Assembly (NCBI GenBank): GCA_964016885.1
Contig: OZ024740.1
Location: 175,956,001 to 176,020,000 of the forward strand
Reading direction: 5' to 3'
From: Eledone cirrhosa
Lineage: Eukaryota
DNA length: 64,000 nt
A program made the position numbers and the translations under genes. Every line of letters starts with the position of its first letter. Position 1 is the stretch's first letter. The notes under the pieces are model-generated. The model ran no database searches. It was not told where the DNA came from and saw nothing but the letters and a program-made list of their open reading frames with translations. Positions 38,829 through 52,012 of the stretch are shown here, piece after piece.

Positions 38829-41229
38829 TCCCTCAGTTAGGACCGATTTTTCAAAAGTGATCGCTGCCAGTAACACATTCGAAAGAGGTGAAAATTATCA
38901 TTTTGATATCTGCTCTATACAGCCCTATGCCTCCTTCTTTCCCTCAGCTTGCTCAGTTGTTATAATGCTGTAGGTGGCACATTGATCCTGCAAGAACAGA
39001 TTGAGGCACCCAGTGTATAATTTGTATACGATGTTCTGACAGGGTATTAGACAGTAAACTTTAGCAAGGGTGGTTTTGCTCTTGGGGGGGGGGGGGAGTA
39101 GTATCAGTTGACAACCTTTGGGGTAGGTCTTCTGGTACTCAAGGATCAGGCAATTGATTAAGTCTACCACTAAAACACTCAGAACGCAAAACCGGAGAGA
39201 ATACCAGAAAACATCTCCCCGGAGGTTCTAGAAATTCTGCCAATTTACCGGCAAAATTGATCTTTATGGGATTTGAATTAAGAGAGCAGATGATCAGAAT
39301 ACTAAAAGGCACTCAAACGACTCAAACAATTCACCGATAAAATAAATTACCATTTGAGTACCGAGTCGATCTAATCATTTGTGCCTATCCTCAGCATTTG
39401 AGAAGCCGTGCTTAGGTTAAAAAAATCGATAATCTAACGTAATGTAATACAATCTAAAATAATAGAATAGAATTTAATGCAATTTAATATAATATGGTAC
39501 AATACAGTATAATATAATATTACAAAATACCATACAAATAAATCTATAAAAAGATAACAATATAATATAATATAATATAATATAATATAATATAATATAA
39601 TATAATATAATATAATACAATATAATATAATATAATATAATATGCATAATTGCTTGCATGTCTTTTCCCTTAATTGGCGGATCGTTGAACAAAACAAATG
39701 TCGTTCTCTAAGAGACAAGATTATTTTCTTTGATATTTAGAAAACAATGCATTCAGAGCGTGCTATTGTTGCCTTTGACAATTATACCTTAGACAGAGAG
39801 AAATCTGACGTTGTGATCGTTGTTCTAAAATTTTAAATATCGTTCTTTTTATTATTTTGTTTATTCTTCGTTTTCGTTTTATTTATTTTTTGTTTATTTA
39901 TTATTTTTTGTCTTGGATATCATAATGTTGTTTCTTTGGCATTTATCGAAGAAAACACCCAATTAACTATTACTATAGCAAGCTAATATGAACGACAAAA
40001 TTATAGTGAAGAATATCCGTCTAAACTTTGATGAACAGCCTTGTGTGTTGTGTAATGTATAATCAACACCAATCATACTCTTAGTAATTATTTACTTTAG
40101 GAGAAACCAAGACGACTAGGACCGAAGAAAAGAAAACTAAATGTACCACAATATGTCGACAAATAAGACTATGTTTGAACTTTTTCTTTTATTATTTCAA
40201 AGCGAGAGATCGTTTTATGTGTTGTGCATAAAAATATGAACGTTTCGATCAATTGAATCATGCAAGAATACAGTCTCTTTCCACAAAAGCATGACGAAAC
40301 TTCTCTTCCAAGTATGAATTAACAGCGGTGTTAATAAAGCTGTACCGAGGAAGCGTCTGTGTAATCGTATGACCTGCTAAAAATAACAGGCGAATCACAC
40401 ATTACTGTCTGAATTAAAAGGCCCGACGCTTTGTAAAACATAGGGTGTAATATTCCTTAGTTATGCTTTTCTTGTTATATGTGAAATCTTACGATATAAG
40501 ATACATTTCTATCTGTCCATCCCTAGGCCTTTGCACTATTCTGCATCAGATATCGGAGAATTATTCAAGTCATTGATAGTTTTTTCTTGTTTTACAATCA
40601 GGTAGTAAGATTTATCCAGAACGAGCACTTTCTGAATAAAACGAAATAAAATATATTTTGCTTATATTTTCATATCATCCACGAAGAAGCAATTTTAGGT
40701 TGATGTTTCTGTTTTCTTGTATGCTAAGCACATACCCTTCAAATGTTCACCAAACAGAAGAAAAGAACATTGCAGAGAGACTGTCTTCTTGAAAACCCCT
40801 GTGAACTTTATCCTATAAAAGAAAATAGAATACCCTCTATTACTTAACTTCAGGGTGGCGGCTAAGGACGAATTCATGCGGCATATTGTTTTCTGTGTGT
40901 TTGTTCTAACTTCAGTAAGTCAAAGAGCCTCCAGCATCCACGAGGTGCGAATAAAGCCATATGCCTACTTGCAATCTAGTCAGACTGAAATCACCGCTAA
41001 ACTTCTTATGTCCATGTATGTATGTATGTATGTATGTATGTATGTATGTATGTATGTATGTATGTATGTATGCATGTATGCATGTATGCATGTATGTATG
41101 TATTTTCTAGTTTTCTTCTTTTATAAATTTTCACCAATGGAGAGAGAGTCGGTTTCTAATATAGAAACAAGTCTCTATCATTGGAATTTAGATAACATCC
41201 ACTAGTAAAATACATATGTATGCCTGTGT

Positions 41230-44200
41230 GTTTCTGTGTGTATGTACATGTATGAGTGTTATTATAGGTGTGGATCTGTATGTTTTGAGTTGTATGTGTA
41301 AACGTGCATGTTTCTGTATATATACATGTGTATATGCAGTTATTATATGCTGAATTTATGAAATTTTTTACATATTTTTACATTTCCATTAATGGATTGT
41401 ACAGCTTCCTAACTCGCCGTGCCCTTTCTGGTTCTGTGGAACACAGCTTCTCAATATTTTTACTGAGGGATTTAGTAATATATCCCATAGACCGAATTGT
41501 CACAGGTACAAATCTAAAATTATAGCCAAATTTGTTCAGCATAAACGTTCTCCTTTTCGATAATCATTAGCATTATATTGACATCTGCTTGACAGCAGAT
41601 TTTCGCTACTGTGCATGCCTTCTTTTCTCTCTTCCATATCTCTGTCTGGTTTGTTATGTTTGCATTTTATTGCGGTTTTGACTGGAGCATTCCACTAGTA
41701 CTCTTTCATAATATGTATGTGTATGTCCTCCACATCTCTGTAACCTTTTATATGTTTATTCTCAAGGAATTGCGGATTGCATTGCATAATGTTTTGGCCA
41801 CTACATCAGGTCTCATAAGTAGATAGTATCGTGATGACATCTTTAGATGGCTACTTATGACAAGGGTGACATCGTCGATGTTTATTCTGTAGAGTTGCAT
41901 CTGTTGTCACATAAGGTATTTCGTTGTTATTTCCTGTCCTTTGATTCCAAAAGCATATCCTTCAATGTGAGAGTCAATGTACCGGTTATTGGTCCAAGAT
42001 AGATTGTTCTGCTTATATATTTAATTCTCAGTTTGAAGCTTTCTGGCAGCATAGCTATGCATGATTTTTTTTCCTGATAAGCATGCAAACACCTCTGGAT
42101 TCATTGCGGTATGAGTTTTGGTTATCATGCAGCGGGTATTTCTCAATGAGCTGCGTTCCAACTCCCATGACGTTATCTGCCTCACGTAGACAGACTTGCT
42201 CTACACTTGGTGGTTCGTAGAAACTTTCGGAGGGATATGATGAGACACTCAAATGCTGTTTGGATTGATGTTTACTGACAGTATAAATATCATCGCAGTG
42301 TGACTGTCTCCTTGAAATATACCCCTGTAATATTTTATTTTATAAGTGACAATATAGTCCTCCTTTTCTGTATAGTGGCCCAGGATGATGATAGATTCAC
42401 TATGGCTTTGATAATGGTATCTGGGATTTTAGCAGTCGAAGGGCCTCTACCATCCAAGAATGAGGAACAGAATGGAATGCTTTCCTGTTGTCCAGCCACA
42501 ATGTAACTACGTTTCTTCTATTTTGCCGCACCCCTGGCATAGTGGGTTTGTTAATTAGGAATTACTCAACACATCCCAAACTCCTTTCTTTCCAGCTCAA
42601 GTGTGATGATTTTATTATTGACACAGTAATCTTGAAGGAATAGGCTGTATACATTTTATTCATCAGGTTCTGGCATTCAATAAGATGGTAGTTTTTTTGT
42701 TTTTTTTTGCCAAGTGGGTGTCTTTGTTTTGGGGACCAATATTGTTTCTGCTAATGTCAACCAGCTTCGGATATATACACCGAAGAGCTTGTTGGTAGAG
42801 ATTGATAAGGTACATCCGAAAGAAAACCAATTTTGTGTATCAGCAGCCGACAACGAAGTCTCTTCCTGAAGCTTTCTTATCTTGAAGTTTTCTTATCATC
42901 GTCTTATGGGTATCATCATTGATGATGTATGTTTTTGGTGCAATGCAGGGGCAATAGTTCGTTTAGATCTCTTTCAACCACACTGCATCTTGGTTGAATT
43001 TCTTTTCCTCACTCCATACTTTTCTTCGGAAGAAATCTGTGTTTCTGGGATAGGGTCTCAGTGACATTTATTGATTCCCCCCTCCCTCATATCTCTGTAA
43101 ACTGATGTTTGGTTTTAGCTGAATCTTATCTTAATTATTTTCCTTTTAGCCACTTTTCTTACATTGGAGATTTTCGCTGACAGCTCTCAGTTCTTGTTTG
43201 AGGGTTATAAACTAGTATTGAGGACTTCTGCATGTACTGTGTCCAAACATCATGTCTAATTTATTTTTCGCTCTTTGTTGGTGAGGAGTGAATTTTTTTG
43301 TTTACATATGATAAACATTGTAACATGGTCGATAGTTTTCCGTAGGTCAGCGATTTTTTTTCTAATTTTGAAATATACGATGGCATTTTCTTTTTGTTTT
43401 GTTTCTGTTAACAACTCTATTATCACCAATATATTCACTGTCATTGCTACGGCATATAGATAGACGTTAACTTGCCAAAATGTAAAGGCTTTAATTTGTA
43501 AATATTTACCTACAATTTCTTCGATAGCACGCAGATGTCAATAGCACGCAGAATTTCATTATTTGGTTTCTTGTTAAATATTGTCGTTTTATGTCTATTT
43601 TTGAGAGAAACTTTCATGCACAAATTAATCTCTGCTTGGAAAGTTTCGCTAAGGATATATTTTTAACTGTTTATACTCATCACTTTCGCAGCTTGTAGAG
43701 TTATTATCATTGTCGGTATTTTGATGTTGGTGTTTAACGTGACTGCGAGATATAAAAGTCGAGGTATAGTCTGTCATTACACGTGGTGGCAAATTTGTCG
43801 CTGGCAAGGCTATTTCAAGATTGTTTGTGTATTGCTGTTGTTTGTTGTTGATAGTCGAACTTGCTACAAGAAAACCTAGTAACATAGCGTTCTGTTGTGA
43901 CACGCGTTGATTGCATGTCTGGAGGTTAACTTAGCCTTTCATCCTTACGGGGGTCGATAAAATAAAGTACCAGTAATGCACAGGGTAATTGCTGGCCTTG
44001 TGCCAAACGTAGAAACAATTATTGTTTTGAATAATGTTTATATTATTTTTACGTTCGACAAACGTTGTTTGTTGGTGTAATTGTTTGGCTGTGAAATAAT
44101 TTAACTCTGGGTGACGTTTGTCCCAGTGTAGATCCATTCTGTTCATATTGTCAACAGAGTGATATTTTTTGTCCTTTTATAACAATTAAATAGGATATTA

Positions 44201-44540
44201 TTGAGTTCGTAGCACCAAGAAAAATGCGATTTATAGTTTTGGTTCCTTCTGTAAATATTACTAGAAATATTCTTTTTGCTTTTTTCTTTGTTGTTTTTCT
44301 TCACCTCAGGGTTGTTGATGTGGTTCTGTCCAGTCATCTTGTTTGTAGCAAATCCTTATAAAGTAAATTCAATATTCAGGTGGGTATCACTACGATTACA
44401 AATAGAAGTTGCCTTCAATGATATAACTAGATATTCAGAAGAATATCCAGTTATTTAACAGGTCTGTTAGTTGTGGGATTACTATTGAAGATAGTATTTA
44501 TCTTAAACTTAATGAATAGTCACCCATGCCAAATGTCCGA
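41230..44540 (-). mobile_element. Decayed R4/Dong-clade non-LTR retrotransposon (RT + CCHC + restriction-like endonuclease); SINE B inserted ~43920-44021
   Basis: Minus strand, in order: MNRMDLHWDKRHPEL; WLTLAETILVPK..NYHLIECQN; WLDNRKAFHSVPHSW (~42452-42500); FQGDS; HIEGYAF; CDNRC..DVT.VISS..KMSSRYY; KHNKPD..IWKREKKACTV..CC.ADVNI..EKEN.Y; FVPVTI. Ends are approximate. Confidence 0.8.
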
Positions 44541-44649
44541 CTACTCGCGTCGAGTTATGTATGTATGTATGTATGTATGTATGTATGTATGTATGTATGT
44601 ATGTATGTATGTATGTATGTATGTATGTATGTATGTATGTATGTATAGC

Positions 44650-45470
44650 TTTTATGGGGAGTTAGTTAAAGGAAAACGACCGCCACATAAACCAAAAAAG
44701 AGGTATAAGGATTCCTTGAAAGCCTCTCTGAAAGACGCTAACTTCTCTACTGATACATGGGAAAATATTGCTGCTGATCGTAATAAATGGAGAAAGACTG
44801 TATATGAGGGAAAAGTTGCCTTTGAGGGATCTCGAATCGCATACGAGAAAGAAAAGCGGGATGTGAGGAAGGGCATTGCTGTTGCACTTCCAGACGGCGA
44901 AGGTTCTCCTATGGTGCTGACATGCAGCGTCTGTGCGAGACTCTGCCTAAGCAAAGCTGGACTCGAAAGTCATCTTCGCAGTCATAAAGTAAGACCAGTG
45001 GTTGACTACCAGGCTGCTGTTGGAGATGCTACTCATCATGCTTGCCAAGCATGTGGTAGAGAATTTAAATCAGCAGGAGGGCTCAAACGACGTGCAAAAG
45101 TACATGAACTCCAACCACAGCCGACTATTCCCAGTGAATGTTTTGGTTGCCGACTCTGTGCAAGACATTTGAGATCATTGGCTGGGCTAAAAAGCTACAT
45201 TCGATCGCAGCGCTGTTAGTTGCTATCGTGTGTGTGTATAGATGTGTTTGTGTGTGTGCGTGTGTGTGTGTATATATATATATATGTATATTATTATTGT
45301 TGTTGTTGTCGTTATTATTATTGTTGTTATTATTATTATTATTGTTATTAATATATATGTATGTATATGTATGTATGTATATATATATGTATGTATGTGT
45401 ATGTATATATATATATATTTTTTTCTTTCTCGTGCAATGGCCATACTCGATAACGAGGGGGCAGCCATCA
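44650..45470 (+). mobile_element. RTE (BovB-like) LINE 3' end with three C2H2 fingers, microsatellite-filled 3'UTR and (TATG)n tail
   Basis: FYGEL..GKR...P.KRYKD.LK; WE..A.DR..WR; CSVC..GLESHLRSH, CQAC..GLKRRAKVH, CRLC..GLKSYIRSQ; terminal gcaatggccatactcgataacgagggggcagccatc. Confidence 0.9.
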
Positions 45471-46601
45471 TGTATGTATGTATGTATGTATGTATGTATG
45501 TATGTATGTATGTATGTAGGTCACTCTTGAGTGCTACTGGTAACACGTAACCCAGTACAACTTGTCGCATGGTCGGGTCGTTGGCGACTAAACCGGCAAC
45601 CCCACCAAGTTTACTTGGTGAGGAAGGTGATTTTGTACACCCTGCAGGACAAAAAACAAAACCTGACAAAGGGCAGAAGAACTTATAAGAATCAACGGCC
45701 ATCCAAAATTGTGTAAATATGTATGTACACATGTATATGTGTATGTATATGCGCGGGGACATAGAAATTGTCAGGCTGGATACCCGATCGCGTGGCTAAA
45801 CCACTGGGAGTGAAGGACGCCTAGCCTTTGCCAGGGCATTCTTCTAGGAGAAGGCAACTCTGGAAACTGGGATAACTCCAATATAAAACTTACAACTAAG
45901 TAGTGACCGATGATGTTGATCTTTTCTTCTTTTCGGGTTATCGATAATGTAGCTCAGAGAGTGGGATTGGCTCAGCGTACAGTTTTTCCTCACTTTAAAC
46001 AAAATCTTCACGCACAGGCATTGCACGATAGAATTAATTAATAATTATTGATAATAGTATATCATGCAATGGCCATACTCGATAACGAGGGGGCAGCCAT
46101 CATGTATGTATGGATGGGTGGATCGATGGATGGATCTATGTAGAGATGGATGGACGGATGTGTGTGCATGTATGTGTTTGTGTAATGTATGTATTTGTGT
46201 TAGAATGTATGTATGACCGTCATTACTGATACTAGATTTTGTCAAATGTTGACTTTCGAAAGAGTTCGTATAATTGAAGCTGTTCGTGTGTTACTGTTCA
46301 ATATTATAATAATTGCTTTACAGCATAGAGCTATGGCCCTCCACGTTCCGAGCTCAAATCACACCGAGATCAACCCTGCCTTTCATCCCCACAGGATCGA
46401 CAAAACAAAGCACCAGAAATGCACTGGGACAATCGCCGGCTCCGGGCCAAAAGCAAAAACAATGATTATTATTATTATAATTGTTGTTTTCTTAAGTCTC
46501 GATCGCTGAATGAGTGGTGATGGTGATGGTGATGGTGGTGGTGATGGTGGTGGTGATAGTGGTGATGGTGGTGGTGGCAGTTGATGTTGTTGTTATTGTT
46601 T

Positions 46602-47115
46602 GGCTGATCGTAATAAATGGAGAAATATGTATATGAGAGGAAAGTTGCCTTTGAGTCATCTCGAATTGCATACGAGAAAGTAAAGCGGGATGTGAGGAAG
46701 GGCATTACTGTTATATTTCCAGACAGCAAAGGCACTCCTATGGCGCTGATATGCAGCGTCTGTGCGAGACTCTGCCTCAGCAAAGCTGGACTCGAAAGTC
46801 ATCTTCGCAGTCATAAAGTAAGACCAGTGGTTGACTACCAGGCTGCTGTTGGAGATGCTACTCATCATACCTGCGAAGCATGTGGTAGAGAGTGTAAGTC
46901 AGCAGGAGGGCTCAAACGACATGGAAAAGTACATGAACTCCAACCACAGCCGGCTATTCCCAGTGAATGTTTTGGTTGCCAACTCTGTACAAGAAATTTT
47001 AGATAGTTGGCTGGGCTTAAAACCCACAATCGATCGCAGCACCGTTAATTATTATTGTGTGTGTGTGTGGGGGGGGGGGGGGGGTGTATGTATAGATATG
47101 TATATATATATATAG

Positions 47116-47170
<55 letters not shown>

Positions 47171-47240
47171 ATTATTGTCGTTATTATGTTTTTTTTTCGT
47201 GCAATGGCCATACTCGATAACGAGGGGGCAGCCATCGTGT
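46602..47240 (+). mobile_element. Second, shorter copy of the same RTE 3' end (tail-only third copy at 46064-46102)
   Basis: Aligns to 44772-45470 including the terminal hairpin motif. Confidence 0.9.
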
Positions 47241-47613
47241 ATGTATGTATGCGTATACGTACTTTGAATTTGCATATATAACTGCTTACATATATGTTTA
47301 TGTATATTTTAACAGAAAAGAAAGTCAATGAACAAGAACTAAATCTACAAAACCCCAAATCAAATATTCAAATTATTGGATATATTTCTGTATATAAAGC
47401 AATATTTGAAGCTACAAAAATGATTGCTAAACCAATCGTTTGTTTTGCACGCATCATATAAACTCTGAACAATTAAATTCAATCATATCAAGAAGTTGTC
47501 TATATCTTCAGCAATCTATCGCAAAAGTCAATGATTCATAAAACCCAACGTACGAAATTACTCTGGTGAAGAACATTTACTGGTGTGATAACGCGCATTA
47601 TATACAATACAAG

Positions 47614-47800
47614 GGCCGGGGATTGGCAGTATCGGTAGAAGGTCGGATGCCATGCTTTGCAGCATAGAGTTATGCGCCTTTATGGTCTGAGTTCAAATCC
47701 CGCCGAGATTAATTTTGCCTTTCATCCTTACGAGGTCGATAAAATAAAGTACCAGTAATGCACTGGAATAATTGCTGGCCTTGTGCCAAAAGTACAAACA
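47614..47800 (+). mobile_element. Full-length SINE family B with 17-bp TSD
   Basis: attatatacaatacaag at 47597-47613 and 47801-47817; A-box tggcagtatcggtaga, B-box gagttcaaatccc. Confidence 0.92.
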
Positions 47801-48155
47801 ATTATATACAATACAAGAAACTGAAGACCACAATGTGTGTGTGTGTGTGTGTGTGTGTTGAACTTCAGCCAGTTACGACGATGTGTGTTCTACTTGTTCG
47901 AGAAAACAAAGTAGCCTACCTTTGAAATTGAACATTTCCCATACAAGTGTATCCTTAGAGAAGCTCTCGGGGAGTTTCAGCCTGATACATTATGTGACCC
48001 CAACTCTTCCTTGCAAGTTGAGAGGACAGGAACAACGTGAAATAAATTGTCAGGTCCAAGGATGTAACGTGCTACCGGGAATTGAACTCAAACCTTGTAA
48101 TCGTAAGCCAGACACCATGAGCACTATGCCATATGCCTACTGCGTATTATCTATA

Positions 48156-48900
48156 CTAGCTGAGGTACCCGACTTCACCTGGTTAAACAGATGGTAAGAG
48201 AAGGCCGGTAGAAGAGAAAACGACTGTATTGGATGCGTTGTCTGGTTTGCAGTATGAGGCGAGACCGTGGTTTCTGTATGAGAGAGAGAGAGTGACATAA
48301 AAAGAACTGTCAAAAATCTTTCAGATACTCCAAATGTTTCATTTTAGCGCTTGTGCATAATATATAAAGATTTCTAGGTGTTCCCAATCCTAGGTGAACA
48401 ACCGATATGTAGCTGTCCGTGGGAAAAAATAAATTCTCTCAAATTCAATCCTACAACTTTGAGAATCTGGCGCTGAACTATATTTATGTTCATAGCAAAA
48501 CACTAATAGGGAACTGAAGTCTTGAGAACTTGAACGGTAGCTCGATAGAGGAAGAAATAAGAATAAATGCATTTTCCCTTTGATGATTGTCTCCAAGAAT
48601 AGTTCATATAGGAGATGGTTCATCATTGGCCTGCCTGTTAATAGACGTGGCAAGTACAGGTTTTTCAAAAGGGTGATAGGAATCAGAATCTTTAGCAACA
48701 ATTTCTGTGGAGGATGTCCAGGAAGATTCAGACTATTAAGGAACTATTAATAGCTTCATCATCCTCTTCAAACTTTTCAATGGGGACATGTAACTCACTT
48801 GGGAGCATATCCAATATCCATTGGATTATCTGATTTACCATATTATTTTTTGGCGCTAAAATTGGTGCCAACCAAAAAACATCTCCCTTTCATATAGATA
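48156..48900 (-). mobile_element. Internally deleted Helitron with helicase C-terminal relic
   Basis: ILAPKN, FLNSLNLPGHPP.KL.LK..PI.LLKNL, ELPFKFSRLQFP, VVGLNL, SHGQL; 3' hairpin + CTAG|T at 48156. Confidence 0.85.
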
Positions 48901-48913
48901 ATGATATAGATAA

Positions 48914-49785
48914 CTAGCAGTGGTACCCGCCGTTGCACAGGATAAGGTATTTTTGAACGCGGGCCGCCAACAGACTTAATCGTGGAAAAACTGCATGCCT
49001 TGACAATATGTAAAGAAAATAAACCGAATACTCTGATGGCTGGATAATCTTTAAGATTTTCCTCGATGAAGCAGGAAAAATGCAGGTTTTCACCTAATGC
49101 GGGCCCTAGGGGATCAAGAAAATGAATTTTTTTAATGTGCATAATATGCCTTGAAATTTCTGGAAAGTCGGCTAGACATAACGCCTCAAAAAAAAAACTA
49201 AAAAGCTGAAAAAAATGATATTTTTCACCTAATGCGGGCCCTAGACCATACAAAAGTTGGATTTTCTTTGCTCACGATATGAAGAAGAGACTGACTAATA
49301 CATAGTTACAATTTCAAGGAAATCGGTCGGACGTAACGCCTCAAAAAACCTCTAAAACCCTAAAAAACGGAGTTTTTCACCCAATGCGGGCCCTAGGGAT
49401 CAAAAAGTTGAAACATAAGTAATACACATGTAAAGTTTGAAAAAAGTCGGTTGGGTACTTCTCGAGTTTTAGGGATTCAAACTCACAGACACACACACAG
49501 ACAGACATCCTCAGGAAAGTGACGTAATGCAGACAGCCAGACATACAGACAGATATTATAAGGGCGCGACGTTATATGTATGTATCTATCTTAAAAGAGA
49601 AAGACTAAGAATTATAGAGAGAGATCGCTAAATCGCCTAATGCGGTCCCTAGGGCATTGAAAATTTGAAATTTATTTGCTCAGAACACTCTCTGAAACAT
49701 AAGTATTACATGTGTAAAGTTTGAAAACAGTCGGATGGATGCTTCTCGAGTTTTAGCTATTCAAACTCAGTTTTATATAGAGAGA
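48914..49785 (-). mobile_element. Non-autonomous Helitron with internal repeats
   Basis: Minus strand: A|TC..tatataaa 5' end, cctgtgcaacggcggg hairpin and CTAG|T 3' end; four cc(t/c)aatgcgg(g/t)ccctag motifs. Confidence 0.8.
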
Positions 49786-49792
49786 TTATACA

Positions 49793-49833
<41 letters not shown>

Positions 49834-49835
<2 letters not shown>

Positions 49836-50180
49836 CGTTTTTTAATTTGTTTTGCGAGATATCTTATCTGAAAACGTGTGTTGAAACAGATATTGTTATA
49901 CTTTGGGGGGGTCATGCTGTCAATAAAAACACACGCACGATTTTCACTTCAATTTATTATAAGTTTCCGGTTGCTTGGTTGGTTCCATAACCGGAAGATT
50001 CAAATAAAAACCTAGTCACTGAGGAGGTTACAGAATGTGTGACGAAAATGTTTTGACTATATATAAACAACTTTCCGGTTATCGAACTACCCAGCCGGAA
50101 ACTTATAACCAATTGAAGTGAAAACCAACAGGTGCGTGTGTTTTTATTGGCAGCATGACCCACCCAAATTATAACAATAT
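49834..50180. repeat. Palindromic island (~105-bp arms, ~49890-49996 / 50073-50180) between (TA)n tracts
   Basis: attgttatactttggggggtcatgctgtcaataaaaacacacgcac mirrors gtgcgtgtgtttttattggcagcatgacccacccaaattataacaat. Confidence 0.85.
50013..50059 (+). ncRNA. Type I HHR in the palindrome spacer
   Basis: tagtca-CTGAGGA-g-gttaca-gaatg-tgtgac-GAAA-atgttt-tgacta. 6-bp stems I and II; atypical stem III. Confidence 0.7.
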
Positions 50181-50220
50181 ATATAAATACGTATATACAT
50201 ATATATATATATATATACAT

Positions 50221-50297
<77 letters not shown>

Positions 50298-50298
<1 letters not shown>

Positions 50299-51106
50299 CT
50301 TAAAATGGAGTGAGAATAAGAAAGCAAGAACGGGGGGAGTTTTCCTCATCAGTTGTCCACTGAGGGTCTCGGATATTTCCACGTTTTAAAGACAAGATAT
50401 CTACCGTCCAGAGCGTTCAATAACTGGGTAAGTTATTGGAAAACGGAAGAGGGGGGGGGGGAGGAAAATAGAAGGGAAAAGGGAAGAAAAGAGAAAATAG
50501 CGAAACAAAACGCGAAAAAAACAACAAGAAACCGAGCAGTGTGCGAGCAACTTAAGGTAAGAAAATGAAAGACCACAGGGATAAGAGAACTTAAGTTCGA
50601 GAGCGTGTGGGCGAGAGAAAAGACACACGTCTGACCCCAGCGAGTTGTAAGGGAGAAAAGGACTACTAGAGGGTCAGGCGAGAGAAACAATGAGGTGGCT
50701 AGCAGAGATAGGATGAGTGAAAGTGAGGGGGAGAAAGGGAGAAGAAAACAGAGGGGTAAGCGTAGATAGTAACGAAATAGGTAGGTAGAAGGAGAGAGAA
50801 GACTGGTTACAGTGAAACATGATAAAATATATGGAGAATAGGATTGGCTGTGTAGTTGCTAGTTAAGGTAACTTAAAATGCAGTGAGAATAAGAAGAATT
50901 CGCCGTTTTTTCGCTGTTTCTCTTTTCTTCCCTTTTCCCTTCTATTTTCCTTCTCTCCCTTCTCCGTTTTCCCAATAACTTACCCAGTTATTGAACGCTC
51001 TGGGTGGTAGATATATTGTCTTTAAAGCGTGGAAATATCCGAGAACTCCAGTAGACTACTGATGAGGATAACTCCCCCATTCTTGCTTTCTTCTTATTCT
51101 CACTCC
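50298..51106. mobile_element. Non-coding PLE-like unit: inverted arms (~50307-50505 / 50910-51106) plus direct repeat of the terminal ~22 bp (50299, 50872)
   Basis: Reverse-complement match of the arms; cttaaaatg.agtgagaataagaa occurs twice; CTGATGA present but no complete HHR fold seen. Confidence 0.7.
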
Positions 51107-51323
51107 TGTGTGTGTGTGTGTGTAAACCAGCGTCCGATATCCTCGGAGATGTTGCCCACGAAACATGGGCAAGGTTGACAACGCATGCGCAGAAAGTATC
51201 CCCTATGGTTGTCTCCCAGCCTGCTAGAAATCAGCAGTCGAGTTGGTTAGCATACCCAGCTTGTTTTTTCTTTGTGTGATGCGCAAAGACATCAACCAAC
51301 AAACATTTTTCTTTTATCTTATA

Positions 51324-51830
51324 CTAGCTTCAAAGTACCCTATTTTCCATACTATCTCCCCAATGCCATAGGGGGTCACCCTAGCTCCATATTTCCCTAC
51401 TGTATCACTGAAGTCCCTAGTTCCATAATGTGCCGCCCTAGCTCCACAGTGCGCCTCCTTAGCTCCGAAGTGTCCTGTTTTGCTACCCTATCGCCCCATT
51501 GTTATACTGTGACATCATAACTACCCAGTTCATAGTGTGCCACCCTAGCTTCGCAGTACCATAATGCGACACCCTAGCTTCAAAGTGCCTTATTTTTCCA
51601 CCCTATCTCACTATTGCTATACTGCGCCACCCTAGCTCCATATTTCTATACTGTGTCACTCAAGCTTCCCAGTGCCATAGTGTGACACCCTAGCACCGCA
51701 GTGCCATACTCTGCCACCCTAGCTCTACGGTGCCGTAGTGCCACACCCTACATTCGAAGTGCCATATTTTACCACTCTATCTCCCTCATTGCCATATTTT
51801 ATCATTCTATGTTCCCAGTGCCATACTGTC
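51324..51830 (+). repeat. Degenerate minisatellite (caccctagct / gtgccata units) with ~250-bp higher-order period
   Basis: 51325-51450 resembles 51574-51705. Confidence 0.75.
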
Positions 51831-51947
51831 CTTTAACAGAATCTTAAGACGATTATAAAGATGATGATTATGATGATGATATTTTGGATGATGACGAAGA
51901 TGATAGTGATGATGAGCATAGTTTTTCACACCATCCCCCTTCCTCCC

Positions 51948-52012
<65 letters not shown>

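Noticed and set aside
44473-45219. 248-aa ORF as a host zinc-finger gene
   Set aside because: It is a read-through of (TATG)n into an RTE LINE C-terminus, and a second disrupted copy lies nearby.
45518-45890. GC-richer structured segment as an HDV-like ribozyme / RTE 5'UTR (also 51125-51290)
   Set aside because: I could not assemble the nested double pseudoknot (no P1.1/P4/C75 arrangement), so it is left unassigned.
51030-51070. GAAA...GTA...CTGATGA as a type II hammerhead
   Set aside because: The required stems do not pair.
51324-51830. Repeat-spacer look as a CRISPR array
   Set aside because: The units are degenerate, the 'spacers' resemble each other, there are no cas genes, and the context is eukaryotic. 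It is a minisatellite.
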